Positions 19,159-29,852 of a stretch of 64,000 nt of DNA are shown here, piece by piece (the stretch's first letter is position 1; the number at the start of each line of letters is the position of its first letter). The DNA lies in assembly GCA_000990585.1 (NCBI GenBank), contig LBQD01000002.1, forward strand, positions 56,016-120,015, read 5' to 3'. A program made the translations under genes and the position numbers. This DNA comes from Candidatus Moranbacteria bacterium GW2011_GWE2_35_2-. Lineage in GTDB: Bacteria; Patescibacteriota; Minisyncoccia; Moranbacterales; UBA9337. A model generated the notes under the pieces. It saw nothing but the letters and a program-made list of their open reading frames with translations, was not told where the DNA came from and did not search any database.

Positions 19159-19440
19159 TTATTCAAATTTTATTCCTAATTGAACAAGCTTATTTCTTGC
19201 CGACTCCAGTATTTTTGTGGATTTCGTTAAATATAAGTGTGCGTTATTAGCTCTTTCTTGAGAACATTTTAACTCATATTCTAATCCACACAGACCATCA
19301 GCTTGTTGCTGCAGGCGCCCTTCCAATCTTTCTAATCTATATTCAAAATATTTTTTATCGCGTTCAACTTTACTTCTAGCCATCTCGAATTCATCTATTA
19401 AGGACTTAATTTCACTAAAAAATAATCTTGGTCTTAGCAT
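19159..19440 (-). CDS. Hypothetical coiled-coil protein
   Basis: 93-aa ORF rich in heptad-like E/K/R/L pattern (RLERLEGRLQQQADGL...). Confidence 0.35.
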   Translation of the reverse strand: MLRPRLFFSEIKSLIDEFEMARSKVERDKKYFEYRLERLEGRLQQQADGLCGLEYELKCSQERANNAHLYLTKSTKILESARNKLVQLGIKFE

Positions 19441-19610
19441 TGTTTTGCTCCTGTAGTTGAGGTGATTTTAAAGGAACTGCTTGTCATGATTCTTTTCCTG
19501 TTCTCATCATAACTCTATAGTATAGCACCATTTGGACACTATTTCAATAGTTTACTTGATATTTTAGTAATTCTGTGCTAAACTTGATATATAAGTATAA
19601 GATTTAAAAA

Positions 19611-20657
19611 ATGAACCTCACTGAACTCGACAAAAAAATCCTTTTTGAACTGGACAAGGACGGCCGGGCTAGTTTTTCCGAAATTGCCCGCATAATCGGT
19701 TCTACGCCTCAAGTCGTGAAATACCATTTTGAGCAGATGATGGAAAAAGGCTTTATCAAGCACTTTTGGGCTTTCACCGACTACGACAAGCTGGATTATT
19801 CTTTCTTTTGGGGCTATTGGCTGAAATTCGCTGGCCTAACCAAAGACAAGGAAACTGAGATGTATGCCTATTTCAACGCTCACCAGAACATTCCGATTAT
19901 CCAGCGCGCTGATGGCTACGCCGATGTTTTGATCGGAATTATTAGTCGTGACATTTTCCATCACAATGAAGTCTTGCAAGACATTTTTTCTAAATACGGC
20001 CAATTCATCACCATGTCCGATATTTTCATTGGCCTTGGTTTTGTGAAATTCCCTCGCACATATCTCGGCAATAAACCTAATGAATTCCAAAAATTCGCTC
20101 TGTCCGGCGGAACCACCGAAAAAATCAAACTGGCTGAAATTGATCGCAAAATTATTTCCTTGCTTTTGATTGACGGACGAATGGAATTTACTAAAATCGC
20201 CAAAACTTTGGGCGTTGGCACCGGTCTGGTGCACAAACATTATAATAAGCTGGAAAAAAGTGGCGTTATTACCAAAATAACTTTTACTTTAGATTATCAA
20301 AAAATCGGACTCATACTTTATCGCTGTTGCTTTAAACTCGTACAATTTGATCAAGCTCGCATTGATGAGTTATATAAATTCTGTTGCCTGCATCCCAACA
20401 TCATCAACTATGTCAAGGGAATAGGAAGCTGGGAACTACTTCTGGACATTGAAGTAGAAAACCGCGAAGCTTTGCGTGATATCATTCGCGAACTCAAAAA
20501 CCAATTCCGCGATGTCATCCAAAAAGTCGAAATCAATGAAATCTACCAAATGGACAAATTCACCCAAATGGCCATCGAATATCCCGACTTGAAAAATGAA
20601 AAGGGAAATGATAGGAAGGAAGAGCAAAATGATAAGAATGATCATTATTGGGATTAG
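19611..20657 (+). CDS. Transcriptional regulator with tandem duplicated Lrp/AsnC-type HTH modules
   Basis: Two copies of the AsnC-like HTH signature: LDKKILFELDKDGRASFSEIARIIGSTPQVVKYHFEQM and IDRKIISLLLIDGRMEFTKIAKTLGVGTGLVHKHYNKL. Confidence 0.6.
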   Translation: MNLTELDKKILFELDKDGRASFSEIARIIGSTPQVVKYHFEQMMEKGFIKHFWAFTDYDKLDYSFFWGYWLKFAGLTKDKETEMYAYFNAHQNIPIIQRADGYADVLIGIISRDIFHHNEVLQDIFSKYGQFITMSDIFIGLGFVKFPRTYLGNKPNEFQKFALSGGTTEKIKLAEIDRKIISLLLIDGRMEFTKIAKTLGVGTGLVHKHYNKLEKSGVITKITFTLDYQKIGLILYRCCFKLVQFDQARIDELYKFCCLHPNIINYVKGIGSWELLLDIEVENREALRDIIRELKNQFRDVIQKVEINEIYQMDKFTQMAIEYPDLKNEKGNDRKEEQNDKNDHYWD

Positions 20658-20715
20658 GACGTATGGTATAATTTATGTGTAGGATAAAAATATTGAAATA
20701 AAATAAAAAATAGAT

Positions 20716-21330
20716 ATGGCTTCAATTGTTGCGCATATTGTTTATGCGCGGAAATATTTTGAGAAGTTTGAGCCGGCTTCCTTAGATCGGGATGAGTTTT
20801 TGTTGGGCTGTGTTTTTCCGGATATTCGGCGAATTGATGAAAGCATTTCACGTAAGGACTCACATTTGCATTTTTTTCCTATTGATTTGAATTTTAAAGG
20901 ACTTTCTTCATTTGAAGCTGGTTGGAAATTTCATTTATATTGCGATATGAGAAGAGAGGAAATTCTTAATGAAATGGGATTTTATAGAATTTCCGGCAGC
21001 GATGATTTTGCTAATTTGTCGGCAAAGTTATTGGAAGATGAAATTGTTTATGATATGTATAATAATTGGGAAAAAATAAAGCATTATTTTAATAATCCGC
21101 CGGAAATTGAAACTAGAATTGGCGTAAGTAAGGAGACATTTGAATTGTGGTTTGCACTTCTTTCTAATTATGTCAAAAGAAAGCCGGATAGTAAGTCAAT
21201 GCACATTTTTCTTTCCAAGCAGCCAAAGCTTGCTGAAAAGGCGGATAGTATTGTAGAATCAATAAATCGACTTAGAGAAAATAAGAGAATAGCGGATGTT
21301 TTGAAAAAGGTGGTGGATGAGATAATCTGA
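20716..21330 (+). CDS. Hypothetical protein (possible metal-dependent hydrolase; conserved His residues)
   Basis: 204-aa ORF. His cluster (HIVYARKY; DSHLHFFP; FHLYCD) is weakly reminiscent of Zn-dependent hydrolases; no firm motif. Confidence 0.3.
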   Translation: MASIVAHIVYARKYFEKFEPASLDRDEFLLGCVFPDIRRIDESISRKDSHLHFFPIDLNFKGLSSFEAGWKFHLYCDMRREEILNEMGFYRISGSDDFANLSAKLLEDEIVYDMYNNWEKIKHYFNNPPEIETRIGVSKETFELWFALLSNYVKRKPDSKSMHIFLSKQPKLAEKADSIVESINRLRENKRIADVLKKVVDEII

Positions 21331-21424
21331 TAGCTGAGTGTTATATGTCGATAATATATATTCTTTAAATAGGGTGCAGGCAGAGTTTAATTCTTTGACT
21401 TTGACGTTAAAATAAAAATAACAA

Positions 21425-21508
21425 GCCTTGGTGGTGAAATTGGTATACACGCATGCTTCAGGTGCATGTGGCAGTGATGTCGTGCGAGTTCGAGTCTCGC
21501 CCAAGGCA
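21425..21508 (+). tRNA. tRNA-Leu (anticodon CAG), class II with long variable arm
   Basis: Acceptor GCCTTGG/CCAAGGC; anticodon stem CATGC/GCATG with loop TT-CAG-GT; long variable arm; T-arm GCGAG TTCGAGT CTCGC. Confidence 0.8.
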
Positions 21509-21533
21509 CATAATTTTCAAAAGGTAGAAAGAT

Positions 21534-21824
21534 ATGCAGATTAAAATCGATTCAATTAAAGAAAATCCAGTCAATATCTTGCGAAGGATAGGATATATTT
21601 TTCAGCGTCATGAAGGAGATGAAATGAGTTTTGTGCGTCCTTTGGCACGCGCGGGCTTTCCGAGGTTTCATATTTATGCTAAAGTTGAAAACAGTGATTT
21701 GATTATCAATATTCATCTTGATCAGAAAAAAGAGACTTACGGAAAAGATACGAGGCATCACGGGGAATATGAAGATGATGGTGCGCTTAGTGAAGAAGTA
21801 AAAAGAATAAAAAGTATAATTTAA
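21534..21824 (+). CDS. Small hypothetical protein between the two tRNA-Leu genes
   Basis: 96-aa ORF with ATG start; no motif recognised. Confidence 0.35.
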   Translation: MQIKIDSIKENPVNILRRIGYIFQRHEGDEMSFVRPLARAGFPRFHIYAKVENSDLIINIHLDQKKETYGKDTRHHGEYEDDGALSEEVKRIKSII

Positions 21825-21830
21825 AAATAT

Positions 21831-21913
21831 GCCTGGGTGGTGAAATTGGTATACACGTTAGTCTTAGGAACTAATGGGTTTATCCCGTGGAGGTTCGAGT
21901 CCTCTCCCAGGCA
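21831..21913 (+). tRNA. tRNA-Leu (anticodon TAG), class II
   Basis: Acceptor GCCTGGG/CCCAGGC; anticodon stem TTAGT/ACTAA with loop CT-TAG-GA; long variable arm; T-arm GGAGG TTCGAGT CCTCT. Confidence 0.8.
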
Positions 21914-22027
21914 CGTAAGAGTCCTTGCCCCGTTATCCCGCAGGGATTTTACGGGGTCTCCCGCGGCACCACGTAAAATAAAAATAGGAATTTTTATCAC
22001 GTGGCGCAGCCACATATAAAATAGAAA

Positions 22028-22066
22028 ACCGCCGAAACGATGATTATGTTTCGAGCGGTTTTTTTG
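22028..22066. terminator. Bidirectional intrinsic terminator (ccgccgaaac...gtttcgagcgg with T-run)
   Basis: Inverted repeat flanked by A/T runs, 3' of the minus-strand NYN gene and of the plus-strand tRNA region. Confidence 0.55.
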
Positions 22067-22124
22067 AAAATAAGATGTAGTTTATTTTTTGGTTCAAACA
22101 TGGAACACCTCCTTCTGGATTTTT

Positions 22125-22622
22125 TTATATCAAAAATTTTTTCTTATTTTCGCTTAAATTGACAAAATCATCGGCTTTTTCGATAAGCTTATTGCTGGTT
22201 GACTCGGCAAAGGCGATTACTTCAACGCGGCAGCCAGTGGTACTTTGAATGTATTCCATCATTGGAATGTAATCCCCGTCACCGGAAACCAAAACAATAA
22301 CATCCAAGCTTTTACTCATTTTGATTGCATCAACCGCAATTCCAACATCCCAGTCGCCTTTTTTTGCGCCACCGGGAAATATTTGTAAATCCTTGGTTTT
22401 CACTTCAAATCCGGAAGTTTCAAGTGCTTCCAAAAATTTTTCTTCCGAGCCTTCTAAAGTGCGAATACCATAGGAAACTGCACGAATAAGTTTTCTGCCG
22501 GCAGTTGCTTCTTCAAGTATTTTTTTGAAGTTTACTTTTTTGTTGTGAAGTACGCGGGCACTATAATACATATTTTGAATATCAATCAATATACCCACGC
22601 GCTGTTCTTTGAATTTAGACAT
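22125..22622 (-). CDS. NYN-domain (LabA-like) protein, putative RNase
   Basis: VGILIDIQNMYY and VIVLVSGDGDYIPMMEYIQSTTGCRVEVIAF match the LabA/NYN acidic-residue pattern. Confidence 0.7.
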   Translation of the reverse strand: MSKFKEQRVGILIDIQNMYYSARVLHNKKVNFKKILEEATAGRKLIRAVSYGIRTLEGSEEKFLEALETSGFEVKTKDLQIFPGGAKKGDWDVGIAVDAIKMSKSLDVIVLVSGDGDYIPMMEYIQSTTGCRVEVIAFAESTSNKLIEKADDFVNLSENKKKFLI

Positions 22623-22666
22623 ATTTTTTGTGTTATATAAAAGCCAGTTGATCTGGCTTTTATGGG

Positions 22667-22936
22667 TTATCCTTTTAATTTAAGTTTTTTTATGATTTTT
22701 TTGTAAGCTTTTTCGTCGGTTTTTAATAGATATGCCATTAATCTTCTTCTCTTGGAAACCATTTGCAAAAGTCCTCGGCGGGAATGAAAATCTTTCTTGT
22801 TTTTCTTGAGATGATTGGTAAGTTTTTTGATGGATTCGGTAAAAAGAGCGATTTGAAATTCCGGAGATCCGGTATCTTTGTCATGCCTTTTTATTTCTTT
22901 GGTTACTTTCTGCTTTTGCTTGGGCGTAAGTGCCAT
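22667..22936 (-). CDS. rpsO: 30S ribosomal protein S15
   Basis: MALTPKQKQKVTKEIKRHDKDTGSPEFQIALFTESIKKLTNHLKKNKKDFHSRRGLLQMVSKRRRLMAYL is a canonical S15. I trimmed the start to the internal ATG at 22934-22936, because the ORF-track start at 22990 adds 18 unlikely residues. Confidence 0.85.
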   Translation of the reverse strand: MALTPKQKQKVTKEIKRHDKDTGSPEFQIALFTESIKKLTNHLKKNKKDFHSRRGLLQMVSKRRRLMAYLLKTDEKAYKKIIKKLKLKG

Positions 22937-23121
22937 AGCTTTTTTGGGCTCAACAATCGTTCCGTTTTCGTTTATTGGAGCGAAGCGCAAACCATTGTTG
23001 GCTAATTAGAATTATTAAACTGATTTGATAATAACATTAAAATTTATTTTTGGCAACAAAAAACCCTTCTACCTAAAAGAAGGGTTTGATTGTGCGGGTT
23101 TATCTTATTTTTACGTTTTGG

Positions 23122-25593
23122 TTATATTACTGCACTGGCAACAACCTTATCATTTGATTTGAGGCGCATAATACGGACTCCTTGAGTGGCTCTGCCGAGA
23201 ACAGAAATACTTACAAGAGGTATGCGAATTATTTGTCCTTGTGAAGATGTGATTATAAGATCAAAATCTTTAATATCATCAATGTTGACAATATTGGCAC
23301 CCGCCAATTTTCCGGTTTTAGTTGTTATTTTGGCGGTTTTAATTCCACTTCCTCCGCGTTTTTGAATTTTATATGATTTAATGTCGCTGCGTTTTCCAAA
23401 TCCGTTTTGAGAAAATACCATCAGCTGATTTCCTTTTTGTCCTTTTAAGACAGCATCCATACTAATAACATAATCCCCGCTGCGCAATTTAATTCCGCGA
23501 ACTCCAGCGGCAGTGCGTCCCATAGCACGAACGTCAGATTCTTTGAAACGGATTGATTGTCCGTTGGCGGTGGAAATTATTATTTCATCAGTGCTGGTTG
23601 TTGGTTTCACCCAACCGAGGCGGTCTTCTTTGTCAAGATTGATTGCAATCAGTCCGCTGCGACGAACATTTCCAAAATCTTCAATTTTTGCTTTTTTGAC
23701 AATACCTTTTTCTGTCGCCATAAAAAGATATTTATAGTCGTCGTCTTTGTTGAAAGCAATCATTTCGGTAATTTTTTCCTCTTGGGAGAGTTGAAGGAAA
23801 TTAACAATGGCTTGTCCTTTGGCTGTACGGCTTGATTCTGGAATTTCATAGGCCTTGGTTTGAAAAACTTTTCCGGTATTAGTAAAAAACATCAGGTTGT
23901 CGTGAGTCATAACTGCATTAACGCTGTCAATTACATCTCCTTCTCGGTTAGTGGCACCGATCACTCCTTTTCCTCCACGCTTTTGAACTCGATAGACTGT
24001 CGGACTCATACGTTTAATATATCCATCTTGAGAAAGTGTAATAATAGCTTCTTCATCGGCAATCAAATCTTCTTGTTTGAATTCACCGATTCCACCTTTA
24101 ATAACCTTTGTTTTTCTTGGGTCGCCGAATTTTTCCGTTAAATCGGTTAATTCTTTTTTAACAATACCTAGAATTCTACTTTTGCTTTTTAATATTGCTT
24201 CCAATTCAGAAATTAATTTTTTGATTTCTTTGAGTTCATCTTCAATCTTTTTTCTTTCTAGACCTGCCAAGGTTTGCAATTTCATTTCCAAAATAGCAGT
24301 AGCTTGAATAGCACTGAGCTTGAATTTACTCATCAAGGATTGATGAGCGATTTCTTTGGTCGAAGATTTTTTAATAGTGCTGATAACCTCATCAATATTA
24401 TCCAGCGCTTTTTTTAGTCCTTCCAATATATGCGCTCGATCTTTGGCTTTTTGTAAATCAAATTGTGTGCGACGAGTAACAATTTCTTGCCGGTGTTTAA
24501 TATATTCTTCTAAAATGGATTTAAGAGTGAGGATTCTTGGTTCGATTCCGTCCACCAACGCCAACATATTAACATTGAAATTTTTCTGCAAATCTGTCAT
24601 TGAATAGAGTTTGTTGAGAACTTTTTGCGGGTAAGCGTCTTTTTTGAGATCAACAACAATTCTGACGCCATCTTTGTCGGATTCATCTCGTAAATCTTTG
24701 ATTCCTTGAATTTTTCCTTCTTTTACTAAGTCGGCGATCTTGGTAATCAGCGCGGATTTATTGGTAGCATAGGTTATTTCGGAGACTATTATTTGAAAAG
24801 TTCCAGCTTTTGATTCTATGATATCCACTTTGGCGCGAGTAATAATTTTTCCTTTTCCGGTTGAATATGCTTCGCGAACATCTTTGGCGTTGTAAATTAT
24901 TCCTCCGGTGGGAAAATCCGGTCCTTTTACAAATTGCATCAAATCGTCAACATTCGCTTCCGGATTGTCAATCAAATGGCAAATAGCGCCGGATAATTCA
25001 GTTAAATTATGCGGAGGAATGTTGGTTGCCATACCAACGGCGATTCCCATGGTTCCATTAATGAGCAATTGCGGTAGTTTAGCAGGAAGAACAGTTGGTT
25101 CTTGGTGTGTTCCATCGAAATTGGGAATGAAGTTTACGGTTTCTTTTTCAATATCAAAAAGCATTTCTTCGGCAATGTGGGACAATTTGGCTTCAGTATA
25201 ACGATAAGCAGCCGCCCCATCTCCGTCCATTGAGCCGAAATTTCCTTGTCCCCAAACAAGAGGATAGCGGAGGGAAAAATCCTGAGCCATACGAACCATC
25301 GAGTCATAAACCGCACTGTCTCCATGCGGATGATATTTTCCCAACACTTCTCCGACGACGGTGGCGGATTTGCGGAATTTGGCGCTTGGTCTGAGTCCCG
25401 TTTTCCACATTGAGTAGAGAATTCGACGATGAACCGGTTTCATTCCGTCGCGAACATCCGGAAGGGCGCGCGAAACAATAACGCTCATGGCATAATCCAA
25501 GTAGGATTGTTGAACTTCATCGGTAATTTGACGTGAGTGAATATTTTCTTTTTTTTCTTCCTGCTCTGCAGGTTCTTTTTGAGATCTTTTCAT
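23122..25593 (-). CDS. gyrA: DNA gyrase subunit A
   Basis: N-terminal [12 protein letters not shown] and [20 protein letters not shown]; catalytic-Tyr region; C-terminal beta-pinwheel with GyrA-box-like QKRGGKG. Confidence 0.9.
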   Translation of the reverse strand: MKRSQKEPAEQEEKKENIHSRQITDEVQQSYLDYAMSVIVSRALPDVRDGMKPVHRRILYSMWKTGLRPSAKFRKSATVVGEVLGKYHPHGDSAVYDSMVRMAQDFSLRYPLVWGQGNFGSMDGDGAAAYRYTEAKLSHIAEEMLFDIEKETVNFIPNFDGTHQEPTVLPAKLPQLLINGTMGIAVGMATNIPPHNLTELSGAICHLIDNPEANVDDLMQFVKGPDFPTGGIIYNAKDVREAYSTGKGKIITRAKVDIIESKAGTFQIIVSEITYATNKSALITKIADLVKEGKIQGIKDLRDESDKDGVRIVVDLKKDAYPQKVLNKLYSMTDLQKNFNVNMLALVDGIEPRILTLKSILEEYIKHRQEIVTRRTQFDLQKAKDRAHILEGLKKALDNIDEVISTIKKSSTKEIAHQSLMSKFKLSAIQATAILEMKLQTLAGLERKKIEDELKEIKKLISELEAILKSKSRILGIVKKELTDLTEKFGDPRKTKVIKGGIGEFKQEDLIADEEAIITLSQDGYIKRMSPTVYRVQKRGGKGVIGATNREGDVIDSVNAVMTHDNLMFFTNTGKVFQTKAYEIPESSRTAKGQAIVNFLQLSQEEKITEMIAFNKDDDYKYLFMATEKGIVKKAKIEDFGNVRRSGLIAINLDKEDRLGWVKPTTSTDEIIISTANGQSIRFKESDVRAMGRTAAGVRGIKLRSGDYVISMDAVLKGQKGNQLMVFSQNGFGKRSDIKSYKIQKRGGSGIKTAKITTKTGKLAGANIVNIDDIKDFDLIITSSQGQIIRIPLVSISVLGRATQGVRIMRLKSNDKVVASAVI

Positions 25594-25666
25594 TCTGGTT
25601 TTATTTGAAATTGATTATTTTTTGAAAAACCCGATTTTTTATTGTTCAAATAGTCGGGTTGTATTT

Positions 25667-25960
25667 TTATTTCTCTACAAGAATCTCGGATGATTTTTGA
25701 AAAGAGTCTGTTATTAATGATTGAGTACCGGAAAATTCTTCTTTGATTTGTTCGGTTATTTTAGAAGTTGATTCATTTTGGATGCTTATGGAGGATAAAT
25801 TTTCTTTCAAGGAAAAAATCCACAAGAAAAGAATGAAAAACATTGAAATAATCATCATTACCCAAAAATAACGCACTCGAATATATTCTGGTTTTTGGCG
25901 GATTTCTTCAATTTTATGTTGAATATTCATTAGTATTTTGTATTTTTTGCTAATTATCAA
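25667..25960 (-). CDS. Small hypothetical membrane protein
   Basis: 97-aa ORF with one TM segment (WVMMIISMFFILFLWIF). Confidence 0.35.
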   Translation of the reverse strand: MIISKKYKILMNIQHKIEEIRQKPEYIRVRYFWVMMIISMFFILFLWIFSLKENLSSISIQNESTSKITEQIKEEFSGTQSLITDSFQKSSEILVEK

Positions 25961-26022
25961 TAACCCTAAATTCAGAATAATTTGTTGAATATATTAGTAA
26001 TTAAATGAGTAATTTATAAAGA

Positions 26023-26682
26023 TTACTCAATATCCATTAAAATTATTTCTAAACTTTTTTCTTCCAGATCTTTCTTTTTGAGAGTAATTTTATTGACTTT
26101 ATTTTTTGGGCAATTTCCCATTTGCGCACAAAAATCTTTTTCATCGGAAACATCCATAGTAGACCCTTTGATTTTATAGTGCATCGGAATGATGATATTA
26201 GGTTCTATTTTTCTGGCAAATTCTGCCGCTTTTTTTCCATCCAGCGTGTATTTTCCTCCAATCGGAATAAAGAGAATATCCACTGTTCCGATTTTTCCGA
26301 GTTGATCCGATGTTGGATCTGTCGCCAAATCTCCCAAAAAACAAAGGCGCATTTCTTCGGTTTCGATTGTAAAAACAATATTTTTTCCTTTTTCCGCTCC
26401 TTCTTGCGTATCATGAAAAGTTTCCAGCCCGAGGATATTCATTCCTTTGACGGCAAATTCCCCTGGGGTGTCAATAATAACAGGATTTCCTTTTAGAGCG
26501 CTAATATTATTGTGATCATTGTGTTGATGGGAAACAAAAACGGCATCCGCTTGACCGAAAGGCGGCTTGAGTCCCACGGATTTGTCAAAAGGATCAAAGA
26601 AAAAAACTACGTCTTCGGTGGCGCGTCCGCCCGGTTTGGTGTTGATTTTAAAACAAGAATGCCCGTAGTATTGAATGTTCAT
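26023..26682 (-). CDS. MBL-fold metal-dependent hydrolase (UPF0173-like)
   Basis: HxHxDH motif VSHQHNDHNN plus downstream His/Asp ligands; ~219 aa. Confidence 0.7.
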   Translation of the reverse strand: MNIQYYGHSCFKINTKPGGRATEDVVFFFDPFDKSVGLKPPFGQADAVFVSHQHNDHNNISALKGNPVIIDTPGEFAVKGMNILGLETFHDTQEGAEKGKNIVFTIETEEMRLCFLGDLATDPTSDQLGKIGTVDILFIPIGGKYTLDGKKAAEFARKIEPNIIIPMHYKIKGSTMDVSDEKDFCAQMGNCPKNKVNKITLKKKDLEEKSLEIILMDIE

Positions 26683-26820
26683 CTGTTTATTTAGCTAAAT
26701 TGTTATAAGGCTATATTTAAAATGGTTTATCATAGCTATTCTAGCACCAGAAAATGGTTTTGTCGAGATAAGGGCTTTGTTGATTAAAATGGGAGATTGG
26801 GATAATATTGAAGTAAGAAA

Positions 26821-26890
26821 TAAATTTACAATTTTCAATTTACAATTTTCAATCAATTTCCAATGATTCAATTTTCAATTGGGAAATGAT
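26821..26890. repeat. AT-rich simple-repeat tract (tacaattttcaatt units)
   Basis: Tandem and degenerate copies of caattttcaat. Related AATTGGAAATT/AATTGAAAATT repeats recur at 57541-57600 and 57781-57915 inside tsaD. Confidence 0.7.
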
Positions 26891-26916
26891 TCGGGGTTGT
26901 GATTTTATAGAAGTTT

Positions 26917-27900
26917 ATGAAAAAAAGGATATTTTCAGGAATACAGCCGAGTGGAAGTTTGCATATTGGGAATTATTTGGGGGCGATCAAGAATTGGGTT
27001 GATTTGCAGGATTCTTTTGAATCGATTTTTTGCATTGTGGATTTGCACGCGATTACAGTGGCGCAAAATCCGGAAGAGTTGCGCAAAAGAACTTTGGAAA
27101 TTGCCAAAATATATATAGCTTCTGGTATTGATCCAAAAAAATCGGCAATGTTTGTGCAATCGCATGTTTCTGAGCATTCTGAGATGACATGGATATTAAA
27201 CACGCTTGCAAGAATGTCAGATTTATTTAAGATGACTCAATTCAAGGATAAGGCGCAAAAAGAAGGACAAGAAAATTCTGGCGTGGGGCTTTTTGATTAT
27301 CCGGTTTTGATGGCGGCGGATATTTTACTTTATGATACCGAGGTTGTGCCGGTGGGAGAGGATCAGGTGCAACATATTGAATTGGCGCGGACTTTGGCGA
27401 GGAGATTCAACAAAAAATTCGGGCAAACTTTTGTGGTGCCGGAGGCGAGCGTGAAAAAAGAAACGATGCGGATTATGGGATTGGATGACCCGACCAAAAA
27501 AATGAGTAAGTCGGCTTCTTCGGAATATAGCTTCATTGGACTTTTGGATGATGTTGAGTTGATCAAAAAGAAAATCAAAAAAGCCGTGACGGGAAGTGGA
27601 AGTGAAGTGAAATATTCTGATGACGAGCCAGCACTGAAAAATTTGATCAACATATTTTCCGCTTTTTCCGGAAAATCTGCCAGCGAAATAGTTTTAGAAT
27701 ACAAGGGAAAAGGTTATGCCGACTTCAAAGAAGGATTGACAAAAGTGGTTTTGGATTTTATTATTCCTTTTCAAGAAAGGTTTAATAATATTAGCGACGA
27801 ACAAGTTTTGAATATTCTCCAAAATGGAGCGGAAAAAGTTCGACCATTGGCGGAGAAAAAAATTGAGGAGGTGAAAGAACGAATAGGATTCGTTCTTTGA
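26917..27900 (+). CDS. trpS: Tryptophanyl-tRNA synthetase
   Basis: Class I HIGH motif (SGIQPSGSLHIGNYLGAI) and KMSKS motif (KMSKSASSE). Confidence 0.9.
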   Translation: MKKRIFSGIQPSGSLHIGNYLGAIKNWVDLQDSFESIFCIVDLHAITVAQNPEELRKRTLEIAKIYIASGIDPKKSAMFVQSHVSEHSEMTWILNTLARMSDLFKMTQFKDKAQKEGQENSGVGLFDYPVLMAADILLYDTEVVPVGEDQVQHIELARTLARRFNKKFGQTFVVPEASVKKETMRIMGLDDPTKKMSKSASSEYSFIGLLDDVELIKKKIKKAVTGSGSEVKYSDDEPALKNLINIFSAFSGKSASEIVLEYKGKGYADFKEGLTKVVLDFIIPFQERFNNISDEQVLNILQNGAEKVRPLAEKKIEEVKERIGFVL

Positions 27901-27959
27901 ATTATCTAATTTCTAATTAACCTAATTGACCTAATAAAAATCTAAGCTCCAAATTTAAA

Positions 27960-28328
27960 TCATTTTTTCTTGAGCTTATTGTTTATTGAATTAAAAATTA
28001 GATTAAGTTCTCTTGCTTCTTGCCAAAGAATGCGTGCTTCATCTTTTATTTCCGGCAGAGCAGTTGCTATAATTCGAAACCAATATTTTGTTTCTCTCGA
28101 CTCCTTCTTGCAAATGCCTATTTTATGTTTGAAATCGTTTTTTGATTCTGCATCATCAGCCTCACAATAATTAGCTCCAACACTTGTTCCAGATCTTATT
28201 AGTTGAGAAATTATTGGCAATGTTATCGTGTCTTTAGGTAATTTTTTGCAAAATATTACAATTTTTTCTCCAAACATGGCAGTGCGTTCTTCAAGATTAT
28301 ATATTTTGTCATTTGGATTATTGGGCAT
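27960..28328 (-). CDS. Four-helix-bundle protein ('23S rRNA intervening-sequence protein' family)
   Basis: SQLIRSGTSVGANYCEADDAESKNDFKHKIGICKKESRETKYWFRI matches the family signature. Confidence 0.75.
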   Translation of the reverse strand: MPNNPNDKIYNLEERTAMFGEKIVIFCKKLPKDTITLPIISQLIRSGTSVGANYCEADDAESKNDFKHKIGICKKESRETKYWFRIIATALPEIKDEARILWQEARELNLIFNSINNKLKKK

Positions 28329-28351
28329 TTTTAGATCAATTAGAAATTAGA

Positions 28352-29725
28352 TCAATTAGAAATTATTTTTATAAGTTCGTTGCGTTTTTCTTCCATCAGC
28401 TGTTGATTGTCGGCTTCGAGGTTGAGGCGCAATACTGGTTCGGTGTTGGACGGGCGGACGTTGAACCACCATCTTTCTCCTGGTTTGTTTGTATTCCAGA
28501 AACTAATTTTAATTCCATCTAGCTTAGTAAGTTCTCCGTCTTTATAAATTTCTTTGATTTTTTCAAGGACTGCATCTTTGTCGGCGACTTCGCTGTTGAT
28601 TTCTCCACTGTGGTAATATTTTTTCAATTTTTGGGCGAGAGTGGAAATTTTTTCTCCGGTTTCTGTCATCAAATTGAGAAGATAAATCGCTGGAAGAGAG
28701 CCCGCCTCGGCAGTGAAATTTTCTTGGAAATAATAATGTCCGGAAAGTTCCCCAGCAAAAATGGATTTTTCTTCGCGCATTTGTTTTTTGATTAGGGCAT
28801 GACCCACGCGACACTCAATGGCTTTTCCTCCGTTTTCCTCAATGATTTCTTTGACTGCCATTGATGAACGCAGGTCGTATAGTATTGTTGCGTCTGGATT
28901 TTTTTCCAGGACTATTTCCGCAATGAGTCCCGTAATCAAATCCATAGGAATTATTTCTCCTTTTTCATCCACAAAACCGAGGCGGTCGCCGTCGCCGTCA
29001 TAAGAAATTCCCAGGTCGGCTTTTTCTTCGAGAACTTTTTTTTGCAAAGCTTGTAATGTTTCCAGTTTCAATGGGTTGGCTTCATGATTAGGGAAACTTC
29101 CGTTAAATTCTTCAAAAATAGTTACTAGTTCAATGTTTTCCGGAAATTTTTTGTACAGATCCAATTCCAAAGCGCCCATTGCATTGGCAGTGTCGACAAC
29201 GATTTTGAATTTCTTGTCGCCAAGACTGAAAAAGGAAGAAAGTTTTTTTAGGTATTGATCGCGGATGTCTTTTTCAATCAACTCTCCTTTGATTTCAGTT
29301 TCCGGAAAATTATTTTCTGCAACAATGTCGCGAATTTCGTGAAGACCACTGTTTTCTCCAATTGGAACGGCATTAAAACGACAAAATTTCATTCCATTGT
29401 ACTCGGCTGGATTGTGCGAAGCGGTGAGTATGATGGCGCCTTCAACGTCCAGTGTTCCGCTGGCAAAATATACCATCGGAGTGGTGCAAAGTCCGAGATC
29501 ATAGACGCTAGCGCCTTCATCGGAGATTCCTTTTTTGAGTTGTTCAAAAAGTGCCGGGCTGGATTGGCGGATATCTCTTCCGACAGCAACCTTTTTGGCG
29601 CCAAGGAAACGAGCAAAGGCGCGACCGATTTTGTAGACAATTTCTTCGTTAATTTGACTGGGATAAATTCCGCGGACATCATAGGCCTTGAATATTTTCA
29701 GTGTTTCATTGTTAGATTGTTCCAT
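28352..29725 (-). CDS. Phosphomannomutase/phosphoglucomutase (alpha-D-phosphohexomutase superfamily)
   Basis: N-terminal FKAYDVRGIY; active-site serine loop TASHNPAEYNGMKF; metal-binding DGDGDR. Confidence 0.85.
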   Translation of the reverse strand: MEQSNNETLKIFKAYDVRGIYPSQINEEIVYKIGRAFARFLGAKKVAVGRDIRQSSPALFEQLKKGISDEGASVYDLGLCTTPMVYFASGTLDVEGAIILTASHNPAEYNGMKFCRFNAVPIGENSGLHEIRDIVAENNFPETEIKGELIEKDIRDQYLKKLSSFFSLGDKKFKIVVDTANAMGALELDLYKKFPENIELVTIFEEFNGSFPNHEANPLKLETLQALQKKVLEEKADLGISYDGDGDRLGFVDEKGEIIPMDLITGLIAEIVLEKNPDATILYDLRSSMAVKEIIEENGGKAIECRVGHALIKKQMREEKSIFAGELSGHYYFQENFTAEAGSLPAIYLLNLMTETGEKISTLAQKLKKYYHSGEINSEVADKDAVLEKIKEIYKDGELTKLDGIKISFWNTNKPGERWWFNVRPSNTEPVLRLNLEADNQQLMEEKRNELIKIISN

Positions 29726-29852
29726 TGTTTTTATTTTTAAAATTATTAGGATGACTGTATTTTAACATATTTTAAAGAAATGAATAAAGTTTTTGTTATT
29801 CTTCCAATCAAAAAAAACAAACGCAACTTGTTTTTTTGTTTGGATTATTTTT

